Below are positions 20,901-30,096 of a DNA stretch of 64,000 bases, piece after piece. The stretch comes from Desulfatiglandales bacterium (GTDB taxonomy: Bacteria; Desulfobacterota; DSM-4660; Desulfatiglandales; Desulfatiglandaceae). The notes beneath the pieces are model-generated. The model saw nothing but the letters and a program-made list of their open reading frames with translations. It did no database searches and was not told the DNA's origin. The stretch is taken from the NCBI GenBank assembly GCA_963662465.1, contig OY759599.1, positions 1,440,001 through 1,504,000 on the forward strand, written 5' to 3'. Made by a program: the position numbers and the translations under genes. The stretch's first letter is position 1. Every line of letters begins with the position of its first letter.

Positions 20901-21497
20901 GATCAGCGGCAGACGCTGCAAAACGAAATGAAAGCAAAAGACGGCAGCGCCGCGGCAGCCAACGCCTCTGAAGAAGCGGAAGAACATTTCGCCGGCATGG
21001 TTTCAAATGCCGAACAGTATCTCCGTCTCCAAATTGCCGCACTCATCCTTGAGCAACGAATTGAGAACTACCGAAAGGCAAACCAGGCGCCTGTTCTGGC
21101 CAGGGCGGGTGAACTTTTTTCAACGCTTACCCTGGGCTCTTATGCGGGTCTCCGCGACGAGCTGAACGACGCAGGCAAGCCGATTTTGCTCGGTTTGCGG
21201 CCGGACGATAAAGAGGTGGCGGTCAATGGCATGAGCGATGGGTCAAGAGATCAGCTCTATCTATCGCTGCGTCTTGCCACTCTCGAACAGCATTTGAGCA
21301 AGGGCGAACCAACGCCCTTCGTTGTGGACGACATTCTCATTGGCTTTGACGATAGCCGTACCAGGGTCTGTCTCGAGGTTTTGGCGGAACTGGCAGCCAG
21401 CACCCAGGTGCTGCTTTTTACCCATCACAGGCGCGTTCTTGAACTGGCGGAGGCGATTGACGCAAAAGCAGGCATATACACCCATGATCTCGCTTGA
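17982..21497 (+). CDS. YhaN-like (AAA_27) SMC-type ATPase
   Basis: GDNEAGKST Walker A, long coiled coil, MSDGSRDQLYLSLRLA, VVDDILIGFDD, FTHH. Confidence 0.93.
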   Translation: MRIDRLDLMAYGPFTDKSLDLSDGASGLHLIYGDNEAGKSTSLRALVAWLFGIPVQTNDSFLHANPQLRIGGKLRLSDGNEIEFVRRKGAKGTLLKYGTDDPLEDTVLAPFLPGGIDENLFIKLWGIDHGRLIAGGQELLDQSGDLGQALFSAAVGTANLRDVLTALQNSADAIFKPRRRKTALNQSISNFKDAQKRMKDAGLPVSEWKKLQKGLSDTVAAIAHVEKDLELKGKAKSCLERVNRVKGALAQRRTVLEKIDELGQVLLLPEDFEERRKTAGDNLQIAGERKERLETKLASLTEESETLNVRNELLENEEAILALYRELGAVEKTLKDRPQQDGKRRLLRNEAETLLKSVRPDVGLDQSDVLRPLLNNKKWISGLAQKHGLLTHRKARAEETLRDIEDQRKSLCNEFDHKPQSELDLKELKAAIAAARKAGDVERRLAEVRKRAAEEDAACKSELARLGRFTGAVGSLLKVAMPVSETLDAFEKENDALSESVKDTIRKRHEAEGEKTQTAQELKALLLTSDVPTMAELAASREVRNTGWRLIKQKYIEQSVIGKELSEYAPDSDLPTVYEQKVDHADHVSDRLRLAADQVVKRADYEAKIENLESRIDGLAEAVEKVTDAQKAYQERWSAIWAPLGIDAGTPREMKQWLLRVENLVEKVQAANAVSVDEQNLTGECERLKEAVSTQIVKFDASLDHGGMSLEALISLCEQRVAEEEGVRERRRQLEQLLNEAEIRLKRTQVELKSIDTELSNWSQEWGQAIEGLGLKSNVHPEYAAETFDQLVSFFDKFDKSEALRKRIYGMDQVEEKFEKKVFEFAGGIGFNRNGQAAAATITAQLHRDLNTAREARASLTKIQTQIKEIKEDIEDADITIRTSGDQLAALREQAGVDTDEALIAAGEKSRNKREIQKNLDMLEQELNRNGDGLSIKALEKESEESEIDSTEGELEKISIELKELQANRDSLRDQRQTLQNEMKAKDGSAAAANASEEAEEHFAGMVSNAEQYLRLQIAALILEQRIENYRKANQAPVLARAGELFSTLTLGSYAGLRDELNDAGKPILLGLRPDDKEVAVNGMSDGSRDQLYLSLRLATLEQHLSKGEPTPFVVDDILIGFDDSRTRVCLEVLAELAASTQVLLFTHHRRVLELAEAIDAKAGIYTHDLA

Positions 21498-21712
21498 ATA
21501 TAAAGGCGAATGGGGGCGCACCAGGTTAACCATTTGATCTGGTAAAAAGGAAAACCGAAGCTTTGTGGCTATATACCGTAAGGCAACGGGACGACTTCGA
21601 GTACTGGAGGGCATCGTCGCTTATGACCGCGCGGAATCTCAGGGCAACGCTTATTTCGGACAGATCAACATGATCGCGGCGTCTTCATTTTGAAGAATAC
21701 GGCGAGGAGGTG

Positions 21713-21737
21713 CGTTCCCACGCGGAGCATGGGAACG
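21713..21737. repeat. REP-like hairpin forming the 5' exon of the intron
   Basis: CGTTCCCA-CGCGGAGCA-TGGGAACG, same family as 6923-6949 and 7046-7071. Confidence 0.85.
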
Positions 21738-23640
21738 GTGCGCCTGTGAAGGCGCTTTATCAGTGCGGTGAAAGTCCGTACCGGAGTATGCCATAGCTCC
21801 GTAGCCGAAGGTAACTGCGTCGCCGCGAGGCGGGGTGGAGAGCAACCGGAGGCGAAAAGTCAGTCCGTAGGATGACGAACCCGATTCGGTGTCATGTGGT
21901 GGCGAGCCTACCGTTCCATGGTGAAGCCTGAAACTCACAGACCACGCTGTAATGGCGGTTAAAGCGATGGTTTGACGGCATGGTATGTTTGGGGTCGGAA
22001 TGACTGGAAGGTAAAGCGAGATAAGCAGGGAGACCTGTCTCTTGGGGTGACAGGAGGCAGGAGTCAGAGTCCTCATAGTACCGTAGCGACAGAACGGTCC
22101 TGCTAAGAAGGCTTACGGCGTGAGACCAGTACCCGCCGCCTGCGTCGGATACCGGGTTGTGAAAAGCGCGGATAGCAAAACCGTGCCGAGGGAAGGAGGA
22201 TAGGAAGATAGATACGGAAAGGTCATATAGATGCAGCTAAATCAAGCAGTCTCGGCAGTGTTGGAAACAACTAAACGCGAGGCAGAAACCCGATGGGATT
22301 GGGTGGAAGCATCGGTGTGGACGGAACGTATGTTGGCAGCCCTGGGTAACGGGGTGAAAGGTGGTAAATGGTACAGTTTGATGGATAAGGTGTTCGCCTT
22401 GTCGACGCTGGAAGCGGCTTGGGGACGTGTCAAAGCCAATAAAGGAGCGGCAGGGATAGACCGTATCAGCATAAAGCGCTTTAAGGAGCAGGCGGAGAAA
22501 TACCTTGCCGAACTGCATGAAACCTTGAAAGCGGGAACGTACCGACCGGAAGCGGTAAAACGGGTATATATTCCGAAAAGCGACGGCAAACAACGCCCGC
22601 TGGGGATACCCACGGTCAAAGACCGGGTAGTGCAGGCAGCGGTTAAAATGGTTATGGAGCCCATATTCGAGCATGAATTTCTGCCGATGAGTTACGGCTT
22701 CAGGCCGCAAAGAGGTTGCAAGGACGCGTTGCGAGAAGTAGACGCGCTTATTAAGGAAGGCTACACCTTCATACTGGACGCCGACCTGAAAAGTTACTTT
22801 GATACGATTCCGCACGATAAGCTGATGCAACAAGTCGAAATGCGCATCAGCGACGGCAAATTGCTCAATCTGATTCAAATGTTCCTGAAACAGGACGTGA
22901 TGGACGGCTTGGAAAGATGGACACCGACGGGTGGTTCGCCACAAGGGGCGGTAGTCAGCCCCTTGCTTGCGAATATTTACCTGCATCCTCTTGACAGCCT
23001 GATCGCGGAATCAGGTATGCGGATGGTGCGTTACGCGGACGACTTTGTTATCCTCAGCCGCAGTCAAACGGAAGCGGAGAATGCTTTGCAAAAGGTACGG
23101 GAGTGGGTACAGGCTAATGACCTGAGCTTACACCCGGACAAGACGCATCTTGGCGACTGTCGACAAAAGGGTCAGGGATTTGAATTCCTGGGATACCGGT
23201 TTGAGGCAGGAAAGCGCTGGATACGCAGTAAAAGCCGTAAAGCCCTTCGTGATAAAATCCGGGAAGAGACCCGGCGCAAACGTAGCGGAAGTATGGAAAG
23301 CATCATTGATGATCTGAACCCCATGCTTGAAGGCTGGTTTGGTTACTTCAAACACGCCTACCGCACTGAGTTTGCGGCGGTGGATAAGTTTGTCCGCCGA
23401 CGCTTACGCGCCGTATTATTGCGTCGTAACAAACGCAAGGGCTGGGGCAAAAGCCTTGAAGCCCACCGCCGCTGGCCGAATGCCTACTTCGCGAAAATCG
23501 GGCTTTTCACTATGCATGAGGCCCGGTTAGCAGCGTGCCGATCCCGATGAGGAAACTATCGACCGGAGAGCCGTGTGCGGGAGAACCGCATGCACGGTTC
23601 GGAGGGAGGGGAGAGCCAAGAGGCTCTTTCCTACCCCTAT
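21738..23640 (+). mobile_element. Group II intron, full length (1903 nt)
   Basis: 5' GTGCG; domain V GAGCCGTGTGCGGGAGAACCGCATGCACGGTTC; domain VI ending CTACCCCTAT; encloses RT ORF. Confidence 0.93.
22231..23550 (+). CDS. ltrA: Group II intron reverse transcriptase/maturase without endonuclease domain
   Basis: NKGAAGID, RPLGIPTVKDRVVQ, SYGFRP, GSPQGAVVSPLLANIYL, YADD, GWFGYF. Confidence 0.95.
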   Translation: MQLNQAVSAVLETTKREAETRWDWVEASVWTERMLAALGNGVKGGKWYSLMDKVFALSTLEAAWGRVKANKGAAGIDRISIKRFKEQAEKYLAELHETLKAGTYRPEAVKRVYIPKSDGKQRPLGIPTVKDRVVQAAVKMVMEPIFEHEFLPMSYGFRPQRGCKDALREVDALIKEGYTFILDADLKSYFDTIPHDKLMQQVEMRISDGKLLNLIQMFLKQDVMDGLERWTPTGGSPQGAVVSPLLANIYLHPLDSLIAESGMRMVRYADDFVILSRSQTEAENALQKVREWVQANDLSLHPDKTHLGDCRQKGQGFEFLGYRFEAGKRWIRSKSRKALRDKIREETRRKRSGSMESIIDDLNPMLEGWFGYFKHAYRTEFAAVDKFVRRRLRAVLLRRNKRKGWGKSLEAHRRWPNAYFAKIGLFTMHEARLAACRSR

Positions 23641-23816
23641 AGGAGAGGAAGCCACCCTATTATCTCGCCTCGAAATCATTTAGTCCGGCACTTTTTCATG
23701 CGATACCCTGGCCGCGTCAAGCATTCTGCTTGATAATCCATTGCATAACATATAAATTAGAAGTTCAATTGCATTTCACTGAAACAAACGTCAAACATTT
23801 CAGCGGAAACCCTCTT

Positions 23817-24707
23817 ATGCATTCCATTGAATCCATACTCAACCGATATCATTTTACCGGCCATGACGAGGAACTCCTTCGGGAAATGTCTGAACTCTTC
23901 AAGCCGGTGAAGGAGAGCTTTGCTGATGAGTTTTACCGGTTTCTCGTAGAAGACAGCGACATGGCCTCTTATTTTGGGACCGATTCCGCCATCGCCAAGC
24001 GAAAAGAGACCATACTCTGGTGGCTCAACGAAGTTCTGACCGCGAGATACGACAGCCGCTTTCTATTAAGAATGGTGCGCATCGGAAAAACCCATGTAAA
24101 AATCGGACTGGACGGTCATTACGTTAATGCGGCCATGGGATTTGTCCGTCGTTACCTGCAGGATTATCTCAACCGCGCCATTACAGAACCCGTGAAGCGG
24201 GAAAACATGATCGAAACCCTGGACAAGGCCCTGGATATCAGCTTGGACATCATGACCAGTTCCTACCGGGAAGCGGAACTGGAAAAGGTTTTTATTTCTC
24301 AACGGGTGGAGTTGTGGCTTGTCAGATGGGCGGAAAAACTGATGCACGGCCTGAACCTGGTCCTCATGATGGGTCTGGTGGCCATGGCTTTGGGCGTAAC
24401 CCTTCTGTTATCCACGGACATTTTTTACGCCCTGACCGAAAGCCTGGAGCGCGGGGTGATCAAAGCCCTTGGAAGCCTGCTGATTCTCTGGATGATGATT
24501 GAACTGCTGCACACACAGGTACAGCAGCTTAAGGGGGGTAAGTTCCATGTTCGAATTTTTGTGGACCTGGCCATGGTTGCCTTTATCCGAAAAGTTTTTG
24601 TGGCCACCATTAATGATAAGGATGCCCTTTCATTCGCTCTGCTGCTGGGAGGTTTGCTGGTGCTCGGCGTGATCTATTTCCTCATTGGCCGCTCTGAAAA
24701 GGATTGA
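23817..24707 (+). CDS. Protoglobin (sensor globin) domain fused to a PsiE-like membrane domain
   Basis: FADEFY...RIGKTHVKIGL...YVNAAM; C-terminal TMs with LILWMMIELL...AFIRKV. Confidence 0.8.
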   Translation: MHSIESILNRYHFTGHDEELLREMSELFKPVKESFADEFYRFLVEDSDMASYFGTDSAIAKRKETILWWLNEVLTARYDSRFLLRMVRIGKTHVKIGLDGHYVNAAMGFVRRYLQDYLNRAITEPVKRENMIETLDKALDISLDIMTSSYREAELEKVFISQRVELWLVRWAEKLMHGLNLVLMMGLVAMALGVTLLLSTDIFYALTESLERGVIKALGSLLILWMMIELLHTQVQQLKGGKFHVRIFVDLAMVAFIRKVFVATINDKDALSFALLLGGLLVLGVIYFLIGRSEKD

Positions 24708-24841
24708 AGTATCCCATTCCAAAAAAGGCCAATAACGACAACAAGGAAGGCCTGACCCCGGATACTCAATACCATAATTGACATTGTATCCCATTGCAAT
24801 TATATATGGGATATGAATATTTTCGAAATGGAGGTGAATTT

Positions 24842-25078
24842 ATGAAAACGCAAACAACCATAAGGGTCGATGAAGAAAACTATATACGGGCCAAAAAAAT
24901 ATTGAAATACCTGGGTTTATCGTATTCACAAGCGATTAATGTATTTAATAGCATGATTGTCTCGAATCAAGGGATTCCATTTGAAATAAAAATTCCTAAT
25001 GACCTAACCTTAAAAGCGATGAAAGAGGCGAAGGGATTGGATGGCGAGTTCGTTACTCTCGATCAATTGCAGATATGA
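24842..25078 (+). CDS. dinJ: RelB/DinJ-family antitoxin
   Basis: TIRVDE...LGLSYSQAINVF...GIPFEIKIPN..T.KAMKE. Confidence 0.9.
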   Translation: MKTQTTIRVDEENYIRAKKILKYLGLSYSQAINVFNSMIVSNQGIPFEIKIPNDLTLKAMKEAKGLDGEFVTLDQLQI

Positions 25079-25350
25079 TCCTCATGAGGTTATTCAGAAC
25101 AAAAACCTTCAGAAAAGATTATCAGAAACTTAAAGCAACTGATAAACAATATGAGAGATATATCAAGTATCTATCCTTAATGCTGGATGAAAAGACACTG
25201 CCCGCGGAAGCTCGAGATCACACTTTGATTGGTAACTACTTGGGCTTTAGGGAATTCCACATTGGAGGAGATTTACTGGTTATATATTGTATCAAAGATG
25301 AGATTATCAGGTTGACAAGGATTGGAACTCATTCTCAGTTATACAGATGA
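25075..25350 (+). CDS. yafQ: YafQ-family toxin
   Basis: FRKDY...RDHTLIGNYLGFREFHIGGDLLVIY...RIGTHSQLY. Confidence 0.92.
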   Translation: MILMRLFRTKTFRKDYQKLKATDKQYERYIKYLSLMLDEKTLPAEARDHTLIGNYLGFREFHIGGDLLVIYCIKDEIIRLTRIGTHSQLYR

Positions 25351-25617
25351 ACAGCTCAATGCCTTCCCTTGTGTAGTGGTCCATTTTGGTCGATCCTTAA
25401 GCCGATTTTTTCTATCCTCATCTCCTGCCGGATCCACTGCCCTGTTGAAACGACTGTATGATTTTCTTGAGGTTCGTATTCTGTTTTCCAGCTCCGTTGC
25501 GCTTGCCATGCAGGCTTCCGCTCACGACCTGTCCCGCCGGGTGAGGCTGTACCCTGATCCGGCGGTTTTCCATAGGGCATTCTTCATGCCCTTCATGGTA
25601 AATGCGGTTCTACCGTG

Positions 25618-25905
25618 TCAGGGAAACAGTTCGCGGTCTGCGTCACAGACCCGTTCATAAGGATGGGCGTCATTCATGGGTGTTGAACCGCGGCCTGCCG
25701 CATTACGCATGTCCACGACAATTTGCCGGACAGCGGTTTTGAAGCGCCCTTTAAGCTTCGGGGTAAGGTCCTCGCCGTAAGGGATTTCGGTTCCGATTTC
25801 GATGCCGTAGAGCAGGGTGGTTCGCGGGATATTCAAACTGAGGGCGTGTTCCAGGGCCCTGACCGCATGATGTCCCACCCCGTCGTTCGAGAGCATCGTT
25901 TAGGG
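25618..25905 (-). pseudogene. Internally deleted hydrogenase maturation protease remnant
   Basis: LSNDGVGHHAVRAL joined to LYGIEI...GEDLTP; nucleotide similarity to 1519-1547. Confidence 0.7.
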
Positions 25906-25938
25906 GTTCAGTAAAAATTAACAACGTCTCTTCCTCCT

Positions 25939-26271
25939 CTAATAATTCTCCCACTCACATTCAAGTCCCGCCATTACCAATGCAAGGCAGTCCTCCTCTG
26001 TTGGAGCATCGGAATCCGTACCACCCACAACTCCCTCCAATTGATCATTGGTCAGCTCATAGTTGGAATCAAGGTTGGAGGGTGGTAAATGCAACAGTTT
26101 GCTATTGGCGATTCTCTCGATCACATCCGGAACCACACCCTCCGGTACAATAATTCCTCTTTCCCTGAAGACCCTCTCCGGGTCATCGCACAGTTCGGTC
26201 ATTAAATTGGGATCTCGCCAAGCATGAAAAACCAACTTGAGACAAGCCTCTTTAAATTCATCTTGATCCAT
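25939..26271 (-). CDS. NHLP-leader RiPP precursor peptide
   Basis: AWRDP...L.DDP......G..VP...LHLPP...ELTNDQLEGVVGG leader; 26-aa core; strong AAGGAG RBS. Confidence 0.85.
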   Translation of the reverse strand: MDQDEFKEACLKLVFHAWRDPNLMTELCDDPERVFRERGIIVPEGVVPDVIERIANSKLLHLPPSNLDSNYELTNDQLEGVVGGTDSDAPTEEDCLALVMAGLECEWENY

Positions 26272-26289
26272 ATTGATCTCTCCTTTCCT

Positions 26290-29196
26290 TTATTCTGCAA
26301 TGTCTCGCAGATCTTTTTCAAGAACCAGAAAAAGCGGGTCCGCCTTGAGACGGTTGGTCATTTTACCAAGGGCCTCATCTGACGGGCTTTTTCCGGTGTT
26401 ATAGGTCACGGCGCCGCGCAGATATCCGGTCCGACTGTCATCGGTCCAGAAGTCGTCCACGACAGTAATATCCGTATCAAGGGGTGCATCAATGAGCCGG
26501 CTCAGGTCATCTGTGCTCACACTGCTTAAAGCACCTGCACGAATCTGAATGTGGTCGAAGTCCCAGACCACGCGAAAGGCCACGTCCAGCGGGTGGTCTT
26601 TTGGATTGCCGATGACAATGACATTCCAGTCTTCCCCCTTATGATCAAACCCGTATAGCGTAGAATCGGGATACCAGTCCTGCATAATAGCGATTTGAGG
26701 ATCCGGTGCGGGAAGATAAAACCCTTTCTGATCGGTGCTGGTAGCCATGAGGTTTGAGCAGACAGGCAGGACCGAATCATTATGATATCCGGACATGGCA
26801 ATGACGGTCTGAGTAAAGGCCAGTGACGGGCTGTTGTAAATGAAGTTCCCCGCATCTGTTATGATTCGCGTCCAGCCACTGTAGAGAATATATTTTGGCG
26901 ACAGTGCCTGATTGAGACTGGAAAAATTTCGGGTGAACCAAAGCAGCCAGGGGTTATAGGTGGCGGCCTTCAGGTTCCCCAGAACGTTCAGGTAGTGGAG
27001 ATCAAAATCGCGTACATTTTCAATATCGCCAATCCAGCGGCTTTGGGAGCGATCTGATTTGTAGCTGAAATGATGCCCCACCAGACCCGCCCCAAGGGAA
27101 AAATACAATTTGCTTTTGCTGTCAAATGAATCCCATTCCAGGTCGGCGGTGGCCTGGGTGCTCACATCCAGGTGGGTGAGATTTGACCAGTTGTTGGGCC
27201 AGGTGTTTACCGATTGGGGCGTGCCGTGGTTGGGGCTTGCGAGCAAAATGGCCTTTCGTAACAGACCATAATTGTCGCTTCCGCCGGCCAGGGCCGAATG
27301 GGTTTCAATGGCGTTGCGGGTGATCAGGCCACCGGTGGAATGGGTCATGACAACCACCCCGGTATCGGGGTCATTCATCCCAATGCCCAGATCGGTCAGT
27401 GAATGATTTACCTTTACATCGTGAAGCAGTTCGCTGAACAGATTGCCGCTGAAATCGATATGTTTGTAACCGGGCCAGTGCATGAGGTACAGGTGATATT
27501 TTTGATTCAGTTCCGGAGTCCCCATGTAAAAGCTGATGAACCCATAGAGGTTCAGGACCGGGGAATGCGCCCAGTCACTGAGCCTGGCGGCACTGCGATA
27601 GCCCACATCCCCTTGCCACCCATGCACGAAAATCAGCGGAATTCGTCCATGGCCGTCTCCTAACGGATTGCTGCCGTATTCAGAGTCTTTCCATCCCGAA
27701 ATGGCCCCGGACTCCAGCAATCGATCCAGGTCCAGAATGTAGTGGGAATAGACATTTCCCGCGTCCACGGGCTGAAAATTGACGTCATGGCTGTTTAAAA
27801 GACTGTTGTACATATCATCGCTGTTGGCCCGGGTGACGCTCAGCGCACGGCTTGACAGCATGGGGGTCTGGGACTGATATCGGGTCAGGTCAACAAAGTC
27901 TTCCAGGGCGTAAAGAATCGTTGATCCAGCGGTAATGGATGCGATGACCAGTCTGTCCTGATGGGCTGCGTCAGTGAGGGAAAGGACTTTGCTCGTGAAA
28001 ATCTTACCGCTGCCCACGGAAATGGTTTCCAGAGGCGTGGTTTTCCCACCGATGGGCTGAAGGCCCAGTTGAATCACTACGTCTGTTGCGTGAACATCCT
28101 GGTTGAAGGTGGTTACAAAGGGGGCGTTGATGTTGTCCGCCTGAACAGCAAGCCCGGAGTTGTCCGGATCAATCAGTGTGCTGACGTTGCTGGTGGCTAT
28201 CTCAACGGTTCCGCTGATTTCAGGGATGACCGCATCTGCCGCAACAATCTTGGGCGTCGCTGAAGTGGACAGGTTTACAACCGGAGCGGCGCCCATGGGC
28301 TGTTTTTCAATGATTCTGATGGTGGCTGATTTCAAGATATTGTTTCCCAGGTTCAGCCGGTATGCATTCCACCGAAAACTGCCGTCCTCATGGCTTGAAC
28401 CGGATACCTCGATGGGGACGGCGCTGAGGTTGGAATCCTCCGGATCATAGGCGATAATCAGCTGTGCCTTTCCATCCGGCGTGATGATGGCGCGCTGAAC
28501 CTGGGAACCGGACGATAAATTGGGCGCCTCGCAAAGGCCAAGCGGATGGTTGGCTGAAACGATCATCTGGGCAATCTGCTCTGGATTCGGGAGGAATTCC
28601 GCATCCCCGTCAAAATAGGCGGCCATTTGGTCGGAAAGCTCCCCCATTACTTCCCGATAGGGAAATTGGTTTGAATTCGGAAGGTCTATGTCAAATGTTC
28701 CATTGATGCAGCTTTGCAGAAAGAGAGCGTAATCTTGAAGGCTTACGGTTTGACCCAGGGAACAAAGCCGGATGGCTGCTTCGGTGTCCGGAGAGATAAC
28801 GGCATCTTGTTCCGCGTAGTCATCCCCATGGGCGAATCCCGTGATCAGGGCTCGCAGAGAGCGGCCGTTACGCGTGACCTGAGCGATGAGATAGTTTGTT
28901 TCGGGCAGGGGTGTGTGCAATGAAAGGCGATAACTGCCGTCCGCCGAAAGTGGCATGGTGTTTTTTGTCAGTTCTTTTCCTGTACTGTCCAGCAGTGAAA
29001 CCATTGCTCCGGACGGATCTACGCCCACCACCGTTCCTGACACGGAGCCGTTGCCTGAGTTGTCGGCAGTGCTGCTTGAGGTGCTGTTATTGCAACCGGC
29101 GCCCACTGATAAACAGAAAAAAAGTGCCAGGAATAAAAACGTAACACGATATTTTTTTTCAAAACCTTTGTTCATTTTGGATCTCCCTGTTTCCAT
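26290..29196 (-). CDS. Large lipoprotein with C-terminal alpha/beta-hydrolase (lipase/esterase-like) domain
   Basis: Lipobox GAGC; PLIFVHGWQG, THSTGGL nucleophile elbow, LASPNHGTP. Confidence 0.8.
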   Translation of the reverse strand: METGRSKMNKGFEKKYRVTFLFLALFFCLSVGAGCNNSTSSSTADNSGNGSVSGTVVGVDPSGAMVSLLDSTGKELTKNTMPLSADGSYRLSLHTPLPETNYLIAQVTRNGRSLRALITGFAHGDDYAEQDAVISPDTEAAIRLCSLGQTVSLQDYALFLQSCINGTFDIDLPNSNQFPYREVMGELSDQMAAYFDGDAEFLPNPEQIAQMIVSANHPLGLCEAPNLSSGSQVQRAIITPDGKAQLIIAYDPEDSNLSAVPIEVSGSSHEDGSFRWNAYRLNLGNNILKSATIRIIEKQPMGAAPVVNLSTSATPKIVAADAVIPEISGTVEIATSNVSTLIDPDNSGLAVQADNINAPFVTTFNQDVHATDVVIQLGLQPIGGKTTPLETISVGSGKIFTSKVLSLTDAAHQDRLVIASITAGSTILYALEDFVDLTRYQSQTPMLSSRALSVTRANSDDMYNSLLNSHDVNFQPVDAGNVYSHYILDLDRLLESGAISGWKDSEYGSNPLGDGHGRIPLIFVHGWQGDVGYRSAARLSDWAHSPVLNLYGFISFYMGTPELNQKYHLYLMHWPGYKHIDFSGNLFSELLHDVKVNHSLTDLGIGMNDPDTGVVVMTHSTGGLITRNAIETHSALAGGSDNYGLLRKAILLASPNHGTPQSVNTWPNNWSNLTHLDVSTQATADLEWDSFDSKSKLYFSLGAGLVGHHFSYKSDRSQSRWIGDIENVRDFDLHYLNVLGNLKAATYNPWLLWFTRNFSSLNQALSPKYILYSGWTRIITDAGNFIYNSPSLAFTQTVIAMSGYHNDSVLPVCSNLMATSTDQKGFYLPAPDPQIAIMQDWYPDSTLYGFDHKGEDWNVIVIGNPKDHPLDVAFRVVWDFDHIQIRAGALSSVSTDDLSRLIDAPLDTDITVVDDFWTDDSRTGYLRGAVTYNTGKSPSDEALGKMTNRLKADPLFLVLEKDLRDIAE

Positions 29197-29414
29197 TATA
29201 ATTGAGGTGATTTTTGGCGATTTTGAAAAGCTGATGAATGGGAAAGATCATAGGTGAGAAATTCCCGGATTGTCAATATCTATGTGGCTCATTGTCCTTG
29301 AACAGCAAAGAAACTTGCCTATACTCTGGGGTCAAAAGAACGGAATTGTCCCATATGTACGGGCTGCCCACAATCTTAAAAGGTATATTCACATGGAATT
29401 GATTGAAGCCTATC

Positions 29415-30064
29415 CAGCGCGGATGACGGCTTGAAATGCGCCATTGCCATGCTCACAAACCTTGATGTTTACAACAAAGGAAGGGTGGACGCCGGCTTGG
29501 AACCCATAAAGATCGGCATTGGTCTGAATACGGGGTTGTGTATGCTCGGTACGGTGGGCGGGAAAACAGGATGGAAACCACCGTCATTGGCGATGCCGTT
29601 AACCTGGCTTCACGAATTGAAGGAATGACAAAAAACTATCATGCCGACGTCTTAATTAGTGAGAACACTTTTCACTACTTGGATCAGACAAAAGATATGG
29701 GCATGCGCTTCCTGGACCGGGTGAGGGTCAAAGGGAAAATCCAGCCCAGTCTGTATATGAGGTCTTTGAGGGTGATTCACCCGGGTGCCGTAAAGGGAAA
29801 TTTCAAATCGAGGACGAAGAGGCGCTCATGAATAAATACGAGTATCCTTTCAGCCGCTATCAAAAGATGCAGCACGATAATTTCAGGGATGTCTTTTCCG
29901 GGCTCAAGGAGGAAATCAGCCTGCTCAACGACAGCAACAAGCTCTACACCCTGTTCCGTATCCAGCTCCTGGTGGTGGATTGGCTGGTCACCCATACCGC
30001 AAAACAGGACCGACATCTGGGCCGGTTTATTAAAAGAAAACAGTGCGGATTGTCAACCCGTTGA
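29415..30064 (+). pseudogene. Degraded adenylate/guanylate cyclase and hemerythrin-like remnant
   Basis: IGIGLNTG...TVIGDAVNLASRIEG...VKGK with frameshifts; then EEALMNKYEYP...H...DWLVTHT...D. Confidence 0.75.
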
Positions 30065-30096
30065 CATCATGGACGTCCCATTGCACATTCCATGGG

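Noticed and set aside
8676..23550. Diversity-generating retroelement (DUF1566 target plus RT)
   Set aside because: The RT has group II intron motifs and sits inside a complete ribozyme. No adenine-variant template repeat of the DUF1566 3' end was seen; the duplicate at 549-668 covers only the 5' end.
21738..23640. Assignment as class IIC intron because it follows a hairpin
   Set aside because: Domain V begins GAGCCG (AGC triad), not the CGC-type IIC form; class left unassigned.
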